DNA from: Spirochaetia bacterium
Lineage (GTDB): Bacteria; Spirochaetota; Spirochaetia; WTKD01; G963693115
Reading direction: 5' to 3'
Length of the DNA stretch: 64,000 nt
Assembly (NCBI GenBank): GCA_965226055.1
Contig: CBDDCA010000006.1
Coordinates: forward strand, 512,001-576,000
This document shows positions 1 to 10,442 of this stretch, in pieces. Both the position numbers and the translations under genes were made by a program. Numbering within the stretch: the first letter of the stretch is position 1; the number at the start of each line of letters is the position of its first letter. The notes under the pieces are model-generated. The model was not told where the DNA came from. It searched no databases and saw only the letters and a program-made list of their open reading frames with translations.

Positions 1-1842
1 CTCGCTCGATTAGGACACAAAACAGCTCTTATTACACAAAACCTTGATACAATAGGAAAGCTCTCCTGTAACCCAGCTATTGGAGGATTAGCAAAAGGAA
101 ATATGGTACGTGAAATTGATGCACTTGGAGGAGAAATGGGAAATCTTATTGATGCAACCATGATACAATTTCGTATTCTCAACCAAAGCAAAGGCCCGTC
201 AGTACAAGCTCCTCGTGCTCAAGCTGATAAATTAGCATATCAGATTGCAGCAAAAGCCACCCTCGAAAAAGAACCTAATCTGTATTTATTACAAAACACA
301 GTAATAGATTTACTTATAGAGAACAACCATACACACAAAAGAACAGTAACAGGAGTAATAACCGAACGGAATACCCATATAACAGCAAAAACAGTAGTGC
401 TTACCACTGGTACATTCTTAAATGGCACAATATTTATGGGAGAATATATTGCAAGTGGTGGTCGTTTATCTGAACCATCATCAACTGGACTAGAAAAAAC
501 ATTATTAAGCATTGGTATACGTATGGGACGTCTAAAAACAGGAACTCCTGCACGTGTACATAGACGTTCCCTTAACTTTGATACACTTGAAGCCCAGTTT
601 GGAGACGAGCATATTATACCATTTTCATTTTCACAAAAAGAGCTAAAAAAAGAACAAGTAGCATGCTATAGCACCTACACTACTACGGCTACCCATCGTT
701 GCATTGAAGAAAATATGTCGCGTTCTCCCCTTTATTCGGGAAAAATTATCGGATCAGGGCCTCGTTATTGTCCTTCTATTGAAGATAAAGTACAAAAATT
801 TCCTGATAGAGAACAACATCAGGTGATGATTGAACCAGAAGGATTACAAACAGATGAAATGTATCTTAATGGTCTTTCTACTTCGCTTCCTGAAGATGTA
901 CAAGAACAGTTTATTCGTACTATTCCCGGATTAGAAAATGCCGAACTGTTACGCCCTGGATATGCAGTAGAATACGATTATTGCGATCCATCACAATTAC
1001 ACGAGAGTTTAGAAAGCAAACAACTCAAAGGGCTTTTCCTTGCAGGACAAATAAATGGAACATCTGGCTACGAAGAAGCTGCAGCACAAGGACTTATAGC
1101 AGGCATAAACGCTTCCTCTTATGTGCATAATACACAGCCTATTATACTCAGCAGAAGTGAAGCATATATTGGAGTGCTTATCAATGATTTAGTTACCCTT
1201 GGCACAAAAGAGCCATATCGTATGTTTACTTCTCGTGCAGAACATAGAATGAACCTACGCCATGATTCAAGCGATGATAGGCTCATGCACATCGGGCATA
1301 GCATAGGGCTAATACATAACAGCACAATGAACACCCTTATGCAAAAACAAGCCGAAATTACTGCAATAAAGCAAATACTTTCTCAACGGTATGTAAAAAA
1401 AGAAGATACTCTGAAACACCCAGTATTACAAAAATTTCTAGGTCATAATTTTTTACATTTATTGCGACAACCGCAACTTCACATTATAGATATAATGAAC
1501 TTTGATACCACCTTACTCACAGATCAATACAGTCATATCGCCCTCCATCAAAGTGAAATAGACATAAAATATGAAGGATATGTGCATCGTCAAGAAAAAG
1601 AAATTCTAAAATTAAAAAAATTAGAAAAAACGCTAATCTCTTCGGACTTTAATTACGATAATATAAAAGGAATATCTAACGAAAGTAGAGAAAAGCTAAA
1701 AAATGTTCAGCCAAGAACATTACAACAAGCTTCAAAAATTTCGGGGATACGTCAGTCAGATCTGGCTATTCTCATGATGATATTGCAAAAAGGACAAAAT
1801 AAAAAGAAAAGGAGTGCAAAAGCCTATGAAACGCATACATAA
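1..1842 (+). CDS. mnmG: tRNA uridine-5-carboxymethylaminomethyl modification enzyme MnmG (GidA), 5' end outside window
   Basis: Frame is open from base 1 ([13 protein letters not shown]...[24 protein letters not shown]); motifs [39 protein letters not shown]. Confidence 0.97.
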   Translation, partial: LARLGHKTALITQNLDTIGKLSCNPAIGGLAKGNMVREIDALGGEMGNLIDATMIQFRILNQSKGPSVQAPRAQADKLAYQIAAKATLEKEPNLYLLQNTVIDLLIENNHTHKRTVTGVITERNTHITAKTVVLTTGTFLNGTIFMGEYIASGGRLSEPSSTGLEKTLLSIGIRMGRLKTGTPARVHRRSLNFDTLEAQFGDEHIIPFSFSQKELKKEQVACYSTYTTTATHRCIEENMSRSPLYSGKIIGSGPRYCPSIEDKVQKFPDREQHQVMIEPEGLQTDEMYLNGLSTSLPEDVQEQFIRTIPGLENAELLRPGYAVEYDYCDPSQLHESLESKQLKGLFLAGQINGTSGYEEAAAQGLIAGINASSYVHNTQPIILSRSEAYIGVLINDLVTLGTKEPYRMFTSRAEHRMNLRHDSSDDRLMHIGHSIGLIHNSTMNTLMQKQAEITAIKQILSQRYVKKEDTLKHPVLQKFLGHNFLHLLRQPQLHIIDIMNFDTTLLTDQYSHIALHQSEIDIKYEGYVHRQEKEILKLKKLEKTLISSDFNYDNIKGISNESREKLKNVQPRTLQQASKISGIRQSDLAILMMILQKGQNKKKRSAKAYETHT

Positions 1843-2644
1843 TCATGTGTTTATTTTTTTGTTATTACTCATATTGACTCATTACGGTTTTACCCAATCC
1901 ACAAGTACCAATGAACCTATAAATTGGTATACTAACTTAGATTTTGCAAAAGCAACAGCCCAAGAATATAAAAAACCACTATTTCTTTTTTTTATTGGAA
2001 CGCAACCTTCCGCATTATCCAACAGTGTGTACAACAGTACCCTCTCAAATGAAATTATCGTAAATAAAATCAACAACCAGTTTATTCCCGTAAAGATACA
2101 AGGAGACAATATTTTACAACGTGAATACAATGTAAATCGTTTTCCTACATTGCTGATACTAAATTACACAGATAACTCCGAGTTAAGTAGACTCAGCGGT
2201 ATTATCTCATCTGATAATGTATTTGCTTTGTTAGATAGTACCATAAGCACTATTGCAAATGATGGAGTAGTAACTACTTCAGACAATATGAGCAATGCTA
2301 ACTCCACTAATACAATACAATCAGTGACTATCTACAAATACGATGCTGGAGCATTCCTCTCTTTAGGAGATGAAAAATGGATACACAGCACTCCATTATA
2401 CCCAAGGATAGATTTTTCTCAGTTTAATAGCGATGACAAATACATCATGCTCGCAAACAGAGAGCTTAATGTTTATTTTGCTATCCCTATCAAAGGAAAA
2501 GGCACTTTTTGGACACTTAAAAAAGCAGAAAATGAAGATGATAATGCATGGGTTGTAGCAGGAAAAATTACTATGGCTCAAAACGGGACAGTATTTGACT
2601 ATATCAAAGATAATAGTCTTATCGGACAAGAAAACGAGGAATAA
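1826..2644 (+). CDS. Exported thioredoxin-like fold protein lacking CxxC
   Basis: Signal-peptide-like N-terminus; [25 protein letters not shown] and [12 protein letters not shown] resemble thioredoxin-like domains; ATG 1826 follows AGGAG. Confidence 0.55.
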   Translation: MKRIHNHVFIFLLLLILTHYGFTQSTSTNEPINWYTNLDFAKATAQEYKKPLFLFFIGTQPSALSNSVYNSTLSNEIIVNKINNQFIPVKIQGDNILQREYNVNRFPTLLILNYTDNSELSRLSGIISSDNVFALLDSTISTIANDGVVTTSDNMSNANSTNTIQSVTIYKYDAGAFLSLGDEKWIHSTPLYPRIDFSQFNSDDKYIMLANRELNVYFAIPIKGKGTFWTLKKAENEDDNAWVVAGKITMAQNGTVFDYIKDNSLIGQENEE

Positions 2645-2661
2645 CAATACTACTTTCTTAG

Positions 2662-3768
2662 ATGTACTGCTATGTCCTAGAGAACAGCACTGATATTTAT
2701 ACAGGTTTAGCGTTAGAGCAGTTTTTTTTTAATAGCTACATTGCCCAACAACATTCCTCGTCTCAACACAAAAGCGTTCCTAGCAATAAAAGTATACTTG
2801 GGGAATGTATTGTTTTATTCTGGCAAAGTCAGACCTGCGTTGTAATTGGCCGAAACCAAAACCCTTTGTATGAATGTAATCTTTCCTATATGAAAAAGCA
2901 TAATGTACTCCTCGCACGAAGAGACAGTGGAGGAGGTGCTGTGTACCATGATGCACAAAATATAAATATATGTATTATCTCTGCTGCTCACGAACAACAA
3001 ATAGAAAAAAATTTACTCTGTTTTAAGACATTGCTTGCTTCATTGGGAGTAGACGCTACCATAACAAAACGCAATGATTTAATGATACAAAACAAAAAAA
3101 TCTCAGGAAGTGCAATGCGTTACAGTAAACAAACTCTCATGCATCACTTTACCTTATTATTATCACCAAATGCTACAAATATCACCACTGCATTACAAGC
3201 AAAACATAAACAGAGTATTGCTTCTTTTAGTACATCATCGTTTCATTCTGACATTACAGGTACATATCTCAGCTACAAGCAAATAACAGAGGCATTTGTT
3301 CATAATAGCGATCAACTTGCCTCTATCCTATATATTCATAATGAATTTGGAATAAATACTCCTGCTCCTACTCACATAACATATATAAAGGATATACACT
3401 CTTTTACTGAACAATATGCACAAAATATACAAAACAAGTCTACAATACCTTTGCTTGATACCGAAAGAAAACGACTTGCAAGCACAGAATGGATATACAA
3501 AAAGAGTCCCCCATTCACTATCACCGTACGCTTTGAACAAGAAGAATTAGCTCCATTTGACATTCACTCAGACAGTACGGTTTTCCGTATAACATGTAAG
3601 CATGGGTGCATACAATCGATACAAGATGATACACACAAGATCCTCTATACATCTGACACCACAGATCCTATTATTGTTTCATATACATCGTTGTTGCAAG
3701 CAAGTAAAGTATCAAAATATGCTATAATAAGGGTAGTAGTAAAAAAACTTCTTTCGTTGTTTTTTTAA
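2662..3768 (+). CDS. lplA: Lipoate-protein ligase A family protein
   Basis: [24 protein letters not shown]...KKISGSA, HHFTLL motifs. Confidence 0.88.
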   Translation: MYCYVLENSTDIYTGLALEQFFFNSYIAQQHSSSQHKSVPSNKSILGECIVLFWQSQTCVVIGRNQNPLYECNLSYMKKHNVLLARRDSGGGAVYHDAQNINICIISAAHEQQIEKNLLCFKTLLASLGVDATITKRNDLMIQNKKISGSAMRYSKQTLMHHFTLLLSPNATNITTALQAKHKQSIASFSTSSFHSDITGTYLSYKQITEAFVHNSDQLASILYIHNEFGINTPAPTHITYIKDIHSFTEQYAQNIQNKSTIPLLDTERKRLASTEWIYKKSPPFTITVRFEQEELAPFDIHSDSTVFRITCKHGCIQSIQDDTHKILYTSDTTDPIIVSYTSLLQASKVSKYAIIRVVVKKLLSLFF

Positions 3769-3794
3769 TTTTATGTATTGTAAGGGAGAATAAC

Positions 3795-4493
3795 ATGAGT
3801 ATTCATATAAATGCACCAGAAGGTAGTGTTGCAGACAGTGTTTTATTGCCTGGAGATCCAAAAAGAGCAAAGTTTATTGCTGACACTTTCTTAGAAGGGG
3901 CAATATGCTATAACGAAGTACGTGCAGCCTATGGGTTTACTGGTACATATAAAGGAAAGCGGGTATCAGTGCAGGCAACAGGTATGGGTCAACCATCCGC
4001 TGCTATTTATATAAATGAACTTATCTCATCATACAAAGTAAAAAAACTTATCCGTGTAGGCTCTTGTGGTTCTATACAAAAAGATCTGCAATTAAGAGAC
4101 ATCATTGTTGCGCTATCAGCTTCCACTGATTCTAATATGAACGCATTACGCTTTAGAGGATTGCAATATGCAGCTACCGCTCATGAAGAGCTATTGTTTC
4201 AGTGTTATGAATATTGTAAAAACAAGCATCCTTCGGTACAGTATGGCTCGGTATTTTCTTCTGATACATTTTATCACGATGATACAGAAATGTGGAAAAT
4301 GTGGGCAGATCATGGAGTAAAAGCAATAGAAATGGAAACAGCTCAGCTCTATACACTTGCAGCAAAACATTCAGTACAAGCACTCAGCATACTTACGGTA
4401 AGTGATAGCATTATTACATCCGAAGAAACGAGTGCAGATGAACGAGAAAGAACATTTACTGATATGATGGATATTGCATTACATATTGCATAA
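3795..4493 (+). CDS. deoD: Purine nucleoside phosphorylase DeoD
   Basis: [36 protein letters not shown] motifs; RBS AAGGGAG. Confidence 0.96.
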   Translation: MSIHINAPEGSVADSVLLPGDPKRAKFIADTFLEGAICYNEVRAAYGFTGTYKGKRVSVQATGMGQPSAAIYINELISSYKVKKLIRVGSCGSIQKDLQLRDIIVALSASTDSNMNALRFRGLQYAATAHEELLFQCYEYCKNKHPSVQYGSVFSSDTFYHDDTEMWKMWADHGVKAIEMETAQLYTLAAKHSVQALSILTVSDSIITSEETSADERERTFTDMMDIALHIA

Positions 4494-4522
4494 TGTTGTG
4501 CCTATAAGTATCTCCTTGTATT

Positions 4523-5062
4523 GTGTGTTTATATTATATAGCCCTTGTTCCGCCTCATACACTAAGGCAGAACATACGCACGATACAAGAAAGTCTTAAA
4601 GCACGCTATAAGGTTGCACATGCACTAAAATCTCCTCCACACATTACACTACAAAAGCCATTTAAGAGAAATGATATACAAGAGAACAGACTGGTATCTA
4701 CCCTTGATGCTTTTGCCACTCAACAAAGCCCTTTTATGATTACATTACAATCATTTTCCCATTTCAATCAAAGAGTGCTTTACATTGCTATTAAAGATTC
4801 TAGTATCATTATTTCACTGGCAAACAAATTACAAAAAGAGCTTAGAGAAACTGTACAATTAAGCACCCATGAGCATACCCATATTACTCATCCTCATATC
4901 ACTATTGCTGCTCGTGATATGGATGCAACAGTATTTTCAAACATATGGAAAGAGCTACAAATAAAGCATTTTTCACACACATGGATCATCAATAGTATGT
5001 GCCTGTTAAAACATAATGGAACTGCATGGGATATACTGCATCACAGTCATTTTGCACAATAG
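4523..5062 (+). CDS. 2H phosphoesterase (2'-5' RNA ligase superfamily) protein
   Basis: Two HxT motifs (PPHITL, HPHITIA) about 85 aa apart; start codon uncertain. Confidence 0.8.
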   Translation: MCLYYIALVPPHTLRQNIRTIQESLKARYKVAHALKSPPHITLQKPFKRNDIQENRLVSTLDAFATQQSPFMITLQSFSHFNQRVLYIAIKDSSIIISLANKLQKELRETVQLSTHEHTHITHPHITIAARDMDATVFSNIWKELQIKHFSHTWIINSMCLLKHNGTAWDILHHSHFAQ

Positions 5063-5118
5063 CTTTTCAGTACCCCTCAAGTCAAATAGAAGAAACATAT
5101 TTTCTCATACAGCTCATA

Positions 5119-7035
5119 TTACGATAGCATAATTTTCTTTACTGCTTTTGTAGAAAGACGTATTCCTTTACTTCCCATCCCTTTCGGAGCATAACTGTCA
5201 ATAGCAAACTCTTCTTGTAGCTTTTTAATACGAGGTGCAGGGGTATACTCCAAGCGTAACACAACATTTGTTTTATTAGTAAAACGCAACAGTGTACAGT
5301 CATCAGGAATATATGAGTACACTTTATTGATAAGAAATTTTTCTACCTTAAACCGTTTGATATATGTATGTTTCTCGTTCTTCTTTTCTCCTTTTTTACT
5401 ATATACTGCAGTAAAAATAAGTTTCTCAAGTTTCTCTTTCTCTACAACTCCTATTGAAAGTACATCTTTTCCAATAAATTGTTTCTTATTTGCATTTAGT
5501 ACCATCCATGTACCATCTTTCTTAAACAGAATAATTTTATCCAATGGAGATATATCCGCTATTTTTTTTCCTTTACTCAAAGTATATCCCATATATCCAC
5601 TACTACTATCATACAGAAAACTAAGATTACGCTGTAGCACATCTTTCTCTTTTACTTGTTCAAAAGAAATAATTTCTGTTTTACGTAGAAACATATCTTT
5701 ATACGCATTAAGTATTCTCGTAAGATACTCAATAGTATATGGCAATATATGTCGTATATTATAGGTAACCGTTTTTAGCTGAACAAGTAACTCTTTTAGC
5801 TCTTTTTTATGCTTATGTATATCATATGCCGAAATTCTTCGTATAGGAATCTTCAATAAATGCTCAGTATCCTCATCTGTATACAAACGATAAAACTCCT
5901 TTTTAAATTTCATCATTTCTTGTTTTGTTATGTCTCGCACGGACTCTGCTGTTTTACACGTTTCAATTTGCTTATACACTTTTTCTTCAATAAAAATTCG
6001 TTCAAGGGTACGAACATGTATTTTATCTTCTATCTTTTGTTTGTCTACTTGTAACTCTTGTTGTAATATAGCAGGAGTTCTTTTTTTATAATATTCAATG
6101 ATATAAGTACTTGTCATTTGTATAGGCTGATTATCACAAATAACAACAGGGTTCAACGAAATAGAAGTTTCACAGTCAGTAAAAGCATAGAGAGAATCTA
6201 CAATATCTTTTGCATACACTCCACGTGGCAATGTAAGTACAATTTCAATTTTATCAGAAGTATAATCACTTATTCCTGCTATATTGATTTTGCCACTTTT
6301 TGCTGCATTTTCTACAGAATGAATACATTTTTCTGTAGTAACTCCATAGGGTAATTCGGTAATCACTATTTGTTTTGGATTACTTGTATCGAGCTTGGCT
6401 CTCATACGAATTTTTCCCATGCCATCATTGTATTCTGATACATCTACAAAAGCAGCACTGGGAAAATCAGGATACACAACAAAAGGCTTATCTTGCAAAG
6501 AATGTATAAGCGCTTGGATAACTTCACAAAAATTATGTGGTACCATAGTAGTAGCCATGACTACCGCAATTCCTTCTGCTCCTGTTATAAGGATAAGTGG
6601 TATTTTTGCAGGAAAGGTTACAGGCTCTTTGTTTCTCCCATCATACGAATCAACATACTCAGTAATTTCAGGAGAATACAGCAATTCTTTCGCAAGCACA
6701 TTGATGCGACATTCAATGTACCTTGCTGCAGAGGCAGGATCTCCTGTAGAAGGATTACCAAAATTCCCTTGTTTATCAATAAAAATATCTTTATTCGCAA
6801 GATGTACCAGAGCTTCGTAAATAGGCGTATCACCATGAGGATGATATTTTGTACAGTCCCCCACAACATTTGCTACCTTATGAAAACGTCCATCATCAAC
6901 AGAAAGCAGTGTATGTAATATTCTTCTTTGTACAGGTTTACACCCATCATCTACATGAGGAATTGAGCGCTCCTTAATTACATAAGAAGCATACTCAACA
7001 AAATTTTTTTTCATAATCTGTTCTACATATGGCAT
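5119..7035 (-). CDS. parC: DNA topoisomerase IV subunit A
   Basis: DGCKPVQRRIL, YHPHGD, AARYIECR (catalytic Tyr); short C-terminal domain without GyrA box; adjacent to parE. Confidence 0.9.
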   Translation of the reverse strand: MPYVEQIMKKNFVEYASYVIKERSIPHVDDGCKPVQRRILHTLLSVDDGRFHKVANVVGDCTKYHPHGDTPIYEALVHLANKDIFIDKQGNFGNPSTGDPASAARYIECRINVLAKELLYSPEITEYVDSYDGRNKEPVTFPAKIPLILITGAEGIAVVMATTMVPHNFCEVIQALIHSLQDKPFVVYPDFPSAAFVDVSEYNDGMGKIRMRAKLDTSNPKQIVITELPYGVTTEKCIHSVENAAKSGKINIAGISDYTSDKIEIVLTLPRGVYAKDIVDSLYAFTDCETSISLNPVVICDNQPIQMTSTYIIEYYKKRTPAILQQELQVDKQKIEDKIHVRTLERIFIEEKVYKQIETCKTAESVRDITKQEMMKFKKEFYRLYTDEDTEHLLKIPIRRISAYDIHKHKKELKELLVQLKTVTYNIRHILPYTIEYLTRILNAYKDMFLRKTEIISFEQVKEKDVLQRNLSFLYDSSSGYMGYTLSKGKKIADISPLDKIILFKKDGTWMVLNANKKQFIGKDVLSIGVVEKEKLEKLIFTAVYSKKGEKKNEKHTYIKRFKVEKFLINKVYSYIPDDCTLLRFTNKTNVVLRLEYTPAPRIKKLQEEFAIDSYAPKGMGSKGIRLSTKAVKKIMLS

Positions 7036-7075
7036 AGGACTTCCTCTTTATAATACATAGTGGTATGGCTGCTAT

Positions 7076-8908
7076 TTATACAAGATGTTCTTTGATAAAC
7101 TCTTTTCTTGTTTCGGTATTTTTTCCCATATAAAATTGCAATATTTCAGGTATTTCACGTATTTTTTTTATGGTAACAGGTTCTAGTTTAATATTTTCTC
7201 CAATAAACTGTCCAAACTCATGAGGAGATATTTCCCCCAATCCCTTAAAGCGCGTTACTTCAGGCTTAGACATTGCATGTATTGCTTTATCACGTTCAGC
7301 AACAGTATAACAATATCGTAGTTCCTGCTTATTCCTTACCCTAAACAGAGGGGTTTCAAGAATATATACATGATTATGCAATACAATAGTTTCAAAAAAT
7401 GTAAGAAAAAAAGTCATAATAAGATTACGAATATGAAACCCATCAAAATCAGCATCTGTTGCTATTACAATCTTCTCAAAACGTAAATTATCTTCATTTG
7501 TATCTATTCCTAACGCAACCATTAAGTGATACAGCTCAGAATCTTTATATATCTTTGTTCGTTTTCCATCTACGACATTTGCCAATTTTCCTCGCAAAGA
7601 AAAAATGGCCTGTGTGTATACATTTCGCGACGGAACAATAGAACCTGTAGCCGAATGTCCTTCAGTGATGAAAATCATAGTGTCTTGCCCTTTTTCTTTG
7701 TGATCACGATGTAATTTACAATCACGAAAATTTGGGACTTTAAGGGATACTTTTTTTGCAGCATCGCGTGCTTCTTTTCTGACAGAAAGAAGCTCATTTC
7801 TCAGCTTTCTATTTTGCTCTAATTTTTCCAACAATACAGTAGCAAATTGTTTGTTCTTATACAACATATCTACTATTGCATCACGTGTTTGTTGCACGAT
7901 AGATGTTCTAATTTCTGTATTTCCTAATTTATTTTTTGTTTGACTTTCAAACACTGGATTTTCTAATTTAATAGATACTGCTGATACCAGCCCTTCTCGT
8001 ACATCTCCCGAAGTATAACTTTTGTTATAAAATTCATTTACTCCTCTTAAAAATCCTTCTAAGAATGCACTTAAATGCGTTCCTCCATCTACCGTATATT
8101 GCCCATTTACAAAAGAAAAATATAATGGATTGTCATTATGCATATGAGTAAACGCAAACTCTAACTTTTCCTGTTGCAGTCGAATAATCGTATAGATAGC
8201 TTTTTCTGCAACCTCATTTTCTAATAGATCGGCAAGACCATTATGTGATATAAAACTGCTATTATTAAAAACAATTTCTAATTTTGGATGTAAGTATGCA
8301 TAGTTCCAGAGGCGTCTTGTTATAATCTCTTCATCAAATACATAATCCTTAAATATTTCTGCATCAGGAATAAATTCAAACAAAGCTCCGTCAGGTTCTT
8401 TGCTGTTTCCTTGACTTTCCTCTACTAACTTGCCTTGCTTAAAAATTGCTTTTTTATATTTCTTATCTCTATAGGAACATACCATAAAATACGAGGATAA
8501 CGCATTTACTGCTTTTGTTCCTACACCATTTAATCCTACACTAAATTGAAATACATCGCTGTTATACTTTGCTCCTGTATTTATTACCGATACACATTCT
8601 ATCACTTTCCCAAGCGGTATCCCTCTTCCATAATCTCGTACCGATACTTTTTTCTCTTTCTCTGCATATTGCACCTGTATTTTCTTTCCATGTCCCATGA
8701 TATATTCATCTATACTATTATCTATAACTTCCTTCAAAAGTACATAGATACCATCATCCTGATTAGAACCATCTCCAATCCTTCCTATATACATGCCTGA
8801 ACGAAGACGAATATGCTCCAGAGAACCAAGTGTTTTTATTTTACTTTCATCATATATTTTTGATGAAGATACTCCATTTTGTTTTTCTTTCTGAGATTTT
8901 TTTGGCAT
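7076..8908 (-). CDS. parE: DNA topoisomerase IV subunit B
   Basis: EVIDNSIDE, DYGRGIP, GLNGVGTKAVNALS, ATDADFDG, RFKGLGE. Start placed at ATG 8908 (RBS GAGGGG); the extension to 8998 runs into IS sequence. Confidence 0.92.
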   Translation of the reverse strand: MPKKSQKEKQNGVSSSKIYDESKIKTLGSLEHIRLRSGMYIGRIGDGSNQDDGIYVLLKEVIDNSIDEYIMGHGKKIQVQYAEKEKKVSVRDYGRGIPLGKVIECVSVINTGAKYNSDVFQFSVGLNGVGTKAVNALSSYFMVCSYRDKKYKKAIFKQGKLVEESQGNSKEPDGALFEFIPDAEIFKDYVFDEEIITRRLWNYAYLHPKLEIVFNNSSFISHNGLADLLENEVAEKAIYTIIRLQQEKLEFAFTHMHNDNPLYFSFVNGQYTVDGGTHLSAFLEGFLRGVNEFYNKSYTSGDVREGLVSAVSIKLENPVFESQTKNKLGNTEIRTSIVQQTRDAIVDMLYKNKQFATVLLEKLEQNRKLRNELLSVRKEARDAAKKVSLKVPNFRDCKLHRDHKEKGQDTMIFITEGHSATGSIVPSRNVYTQAIFSLRGKLANVVDGKRTKIYKDSELYHLMVALGIDTNEDNLRFEKIVIATDADFDGFHIRNLIMTFFLTFFETIVLHNHVYILETPLFRVRNKQELRYCYTVAERDKAIHAMSKPEVTRFKGLGEISPHEFGQFIGENIKLEPVTIKKIREIPEILQFYMGKNTETRKEFIKEHLV

Positions 8909-8924
8909 AGCCCCTCTTATGTAG

Positions 8925-8953
8925 AGTATAGAGCATTTTTTAATTGTATACAA
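8925..8953 (-). promoter_or_regulatory. Predicted sigma70 promoter of parE-parC (TTGTAT-N17-TATACT)
   Basis: Minus strand ttgtat acaattaaaaaatgctc tatact, 16 nt upstream of the parE start. Confidence 0.55.
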
Positions 8954-8971
8954 GAAAACAACAAGAGAGGT

Positions 8972-10052
8972 CACGAGTTCAAGGATTAAATGCGACAAAG
9001 GAGCAAAAAAAGTAAGAAAAAATAAAAAAAGGAGACACTCTATAATTGTATAAACGAAACAAATTAGGAGGTCTCCTTTATGAGTATACCAAAAAACTCA
9101 TTTCGTCATCTGACAGACAAAGATCGTACTATTATCGCTACGCTCCGTCATGCAAAGTACAGTATCAATGCTATAGCCAAACGCCTCAGTGTCCATCGCA
9201 GCACTGTCTATCGTGAAATACAACGCAATGGAGGCAAACATGTCTATAATGAAGTCATTGCTCACAGACAGGCAAGAAAACGATGGGATAAGAGCCATAA
9301 AAAACTCTCTATTCCTTCTCATACTATTCGTACCTATATCGTTTTTCACCTTATATTCGATGGCTGGTCGCCTGAACAAATAGCAGGAAGGCTCAGTATT
9401 GATATGCCTCAGTATACTATCAGTCATGAGACAATATATCACTTTATTTATCGTTTTGCTCCTCATTTGACACAGTATCTGCGAAAACAGCACCAAACAC
9501 GCAAAAAAAGAAGAGTATCTCGTTCTTTTTCTGTTTCTCGTATCCCTCATCGTGTCTCAGTACACGAACGAGGCGATGTTTCTAATGAATATGGCCACTG
9601 GGAAGTAGATCTTGTTGGCTCTTCTTCAAAAGCTACTGTGCTTGCTTTAGTGGAAAAACATACCCGTTATGTTCTTTTTCATAAGATACCTGACAAAACT
9701 GCTCATACCGTACAGTATGGCATGCTCTTTGCTCTAAGGAACATACCACGCCATTTATGTAACAGTTTCACTTATGATAATGGGAGTGAATTTATGCTCC
9801 ATACTGAAATAAATACACGCTTGAATGCTCGTTCTTATTTTTGTACTCCTTACTGTGCTTGGGAAAAAGGATTAGTCGAACATTCTATTGGATTATTACG
9901 TCAGTACTTTCCTAAGAAGACTTTGTTTCATAGAATCAAGCAAAGTGATATACTACAAGTACAAACGCTTATCAATCATAGACCACGAAAATGTCTTCAT
10001 TTTTTGACCCCTGCTGAAGCCTTTTCTGTCGCATTTAGTCCTTGAATCCGCA
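8972..10052 (+). mobile_element. IS30-family insertion sequence (about 1081 bp) with 26-bp imperfect terminal IRs and 3-bp target duplication GGT
   Basis: IRL cacgagttcaaggattaaatgcgaca (8972-8997) vs reverse complement of IRR tgcggattcaaggactaaatgcgaca (10027-10052); ggt at 8969-8971 and 10053-10055. Confidence 0.9.
9080..10045 (+). CDS. IS30-family DDE transposase
   Basis: HTH (IAKRLSVHRSTVYREIQRN), WSPEQIAG, ISHETIY, GHWEVD, TYDNGSEF, WEKGLVEHSIGLLRQYFPK; stop codon inside IRR. Confidence 0.95.
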   Translation: MSIPKNSFRHLTDKDRTIIATLRHAKYSINAIAKRLSVHRSTVYREIQRNGGKHVYNEVIAHRQARKRWDKSHKKLSIPSHTIRTYIVFHLIFDGWSPEQIAGRLSIDMPQYTISHETIYHFIYRFAPHLTQYLRKQHQTRKKRRVSRSFSVSRIPHRVSVHERGDVSNEYGHWEVDLVGSSSKATVLALVEKHTRYVLFHKIPDKTAHTVQYGMLFALRNIPRHLCNSFTYDNGSEFMLHTEINTRLNARSYFCTPYCAWEKGLVEHSIGLLRQYFPKKTLFHRIKQSDILQVQTLINHRPRKCLHFLTPAEAFSVAFSP

Positions 10053-10388
10053 GGTTGTACTTTTACCATCTCGTATGATCCTCAAAATCCATGATAGCAA
10101 CTTGCGATTGCTTGAACACTCAATATAATATAAATAGTATATAATAAACAAAGTAGTAGAACAGAGATGAACGTTCTGAATTACTTCGTAATAAAAGACA
10201 CTATATCAACACAAAAAAAATAATTTTATCAGAAGAAAGAGAGTGGATATATAGGTCTATACCTGAATTAAGAAAGGAGTATACTTTACTCTATATGTAT
10301 TCTCCTATTTTATGTGATAGTCTAAATCTTCGTAGAGTGTAAATTAACATATCTTATATATGCCTTCCTAAGACTTTGCATAGTGCCT

Positions 10389-10422
10389 TATAGCAAGAAA
10401 GGAGCTATCCTTTCTTGCTATA
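10389..10422 (-). terminator. Hairpin downstream of the large lipoprotein gene (probable terminator)
   Basis: Perfect 15-bp stem tatagcaagaaagga / tcctttcttgctata with 4-nt loop, 20 bp after the stop. Confidence 0.7.
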
Positions 10423-10442
10423 GGTTGTATTTCTATACTATA

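Noticed and set aside
8972-8985. Outward TTGAAC in the IS end as a hybrid -35 for parE or the ABC operon
   Set aside because: No credible -10 hexamer 16-18 bp downstream at either site; native promoters appear intact.
8909-8998. 30-aa N-terminal extension of ParE beginning MSHLILELV
   Set aside because: It starts inside the IS left end; ATG 8908 has an RBS and a promoter just upstream.
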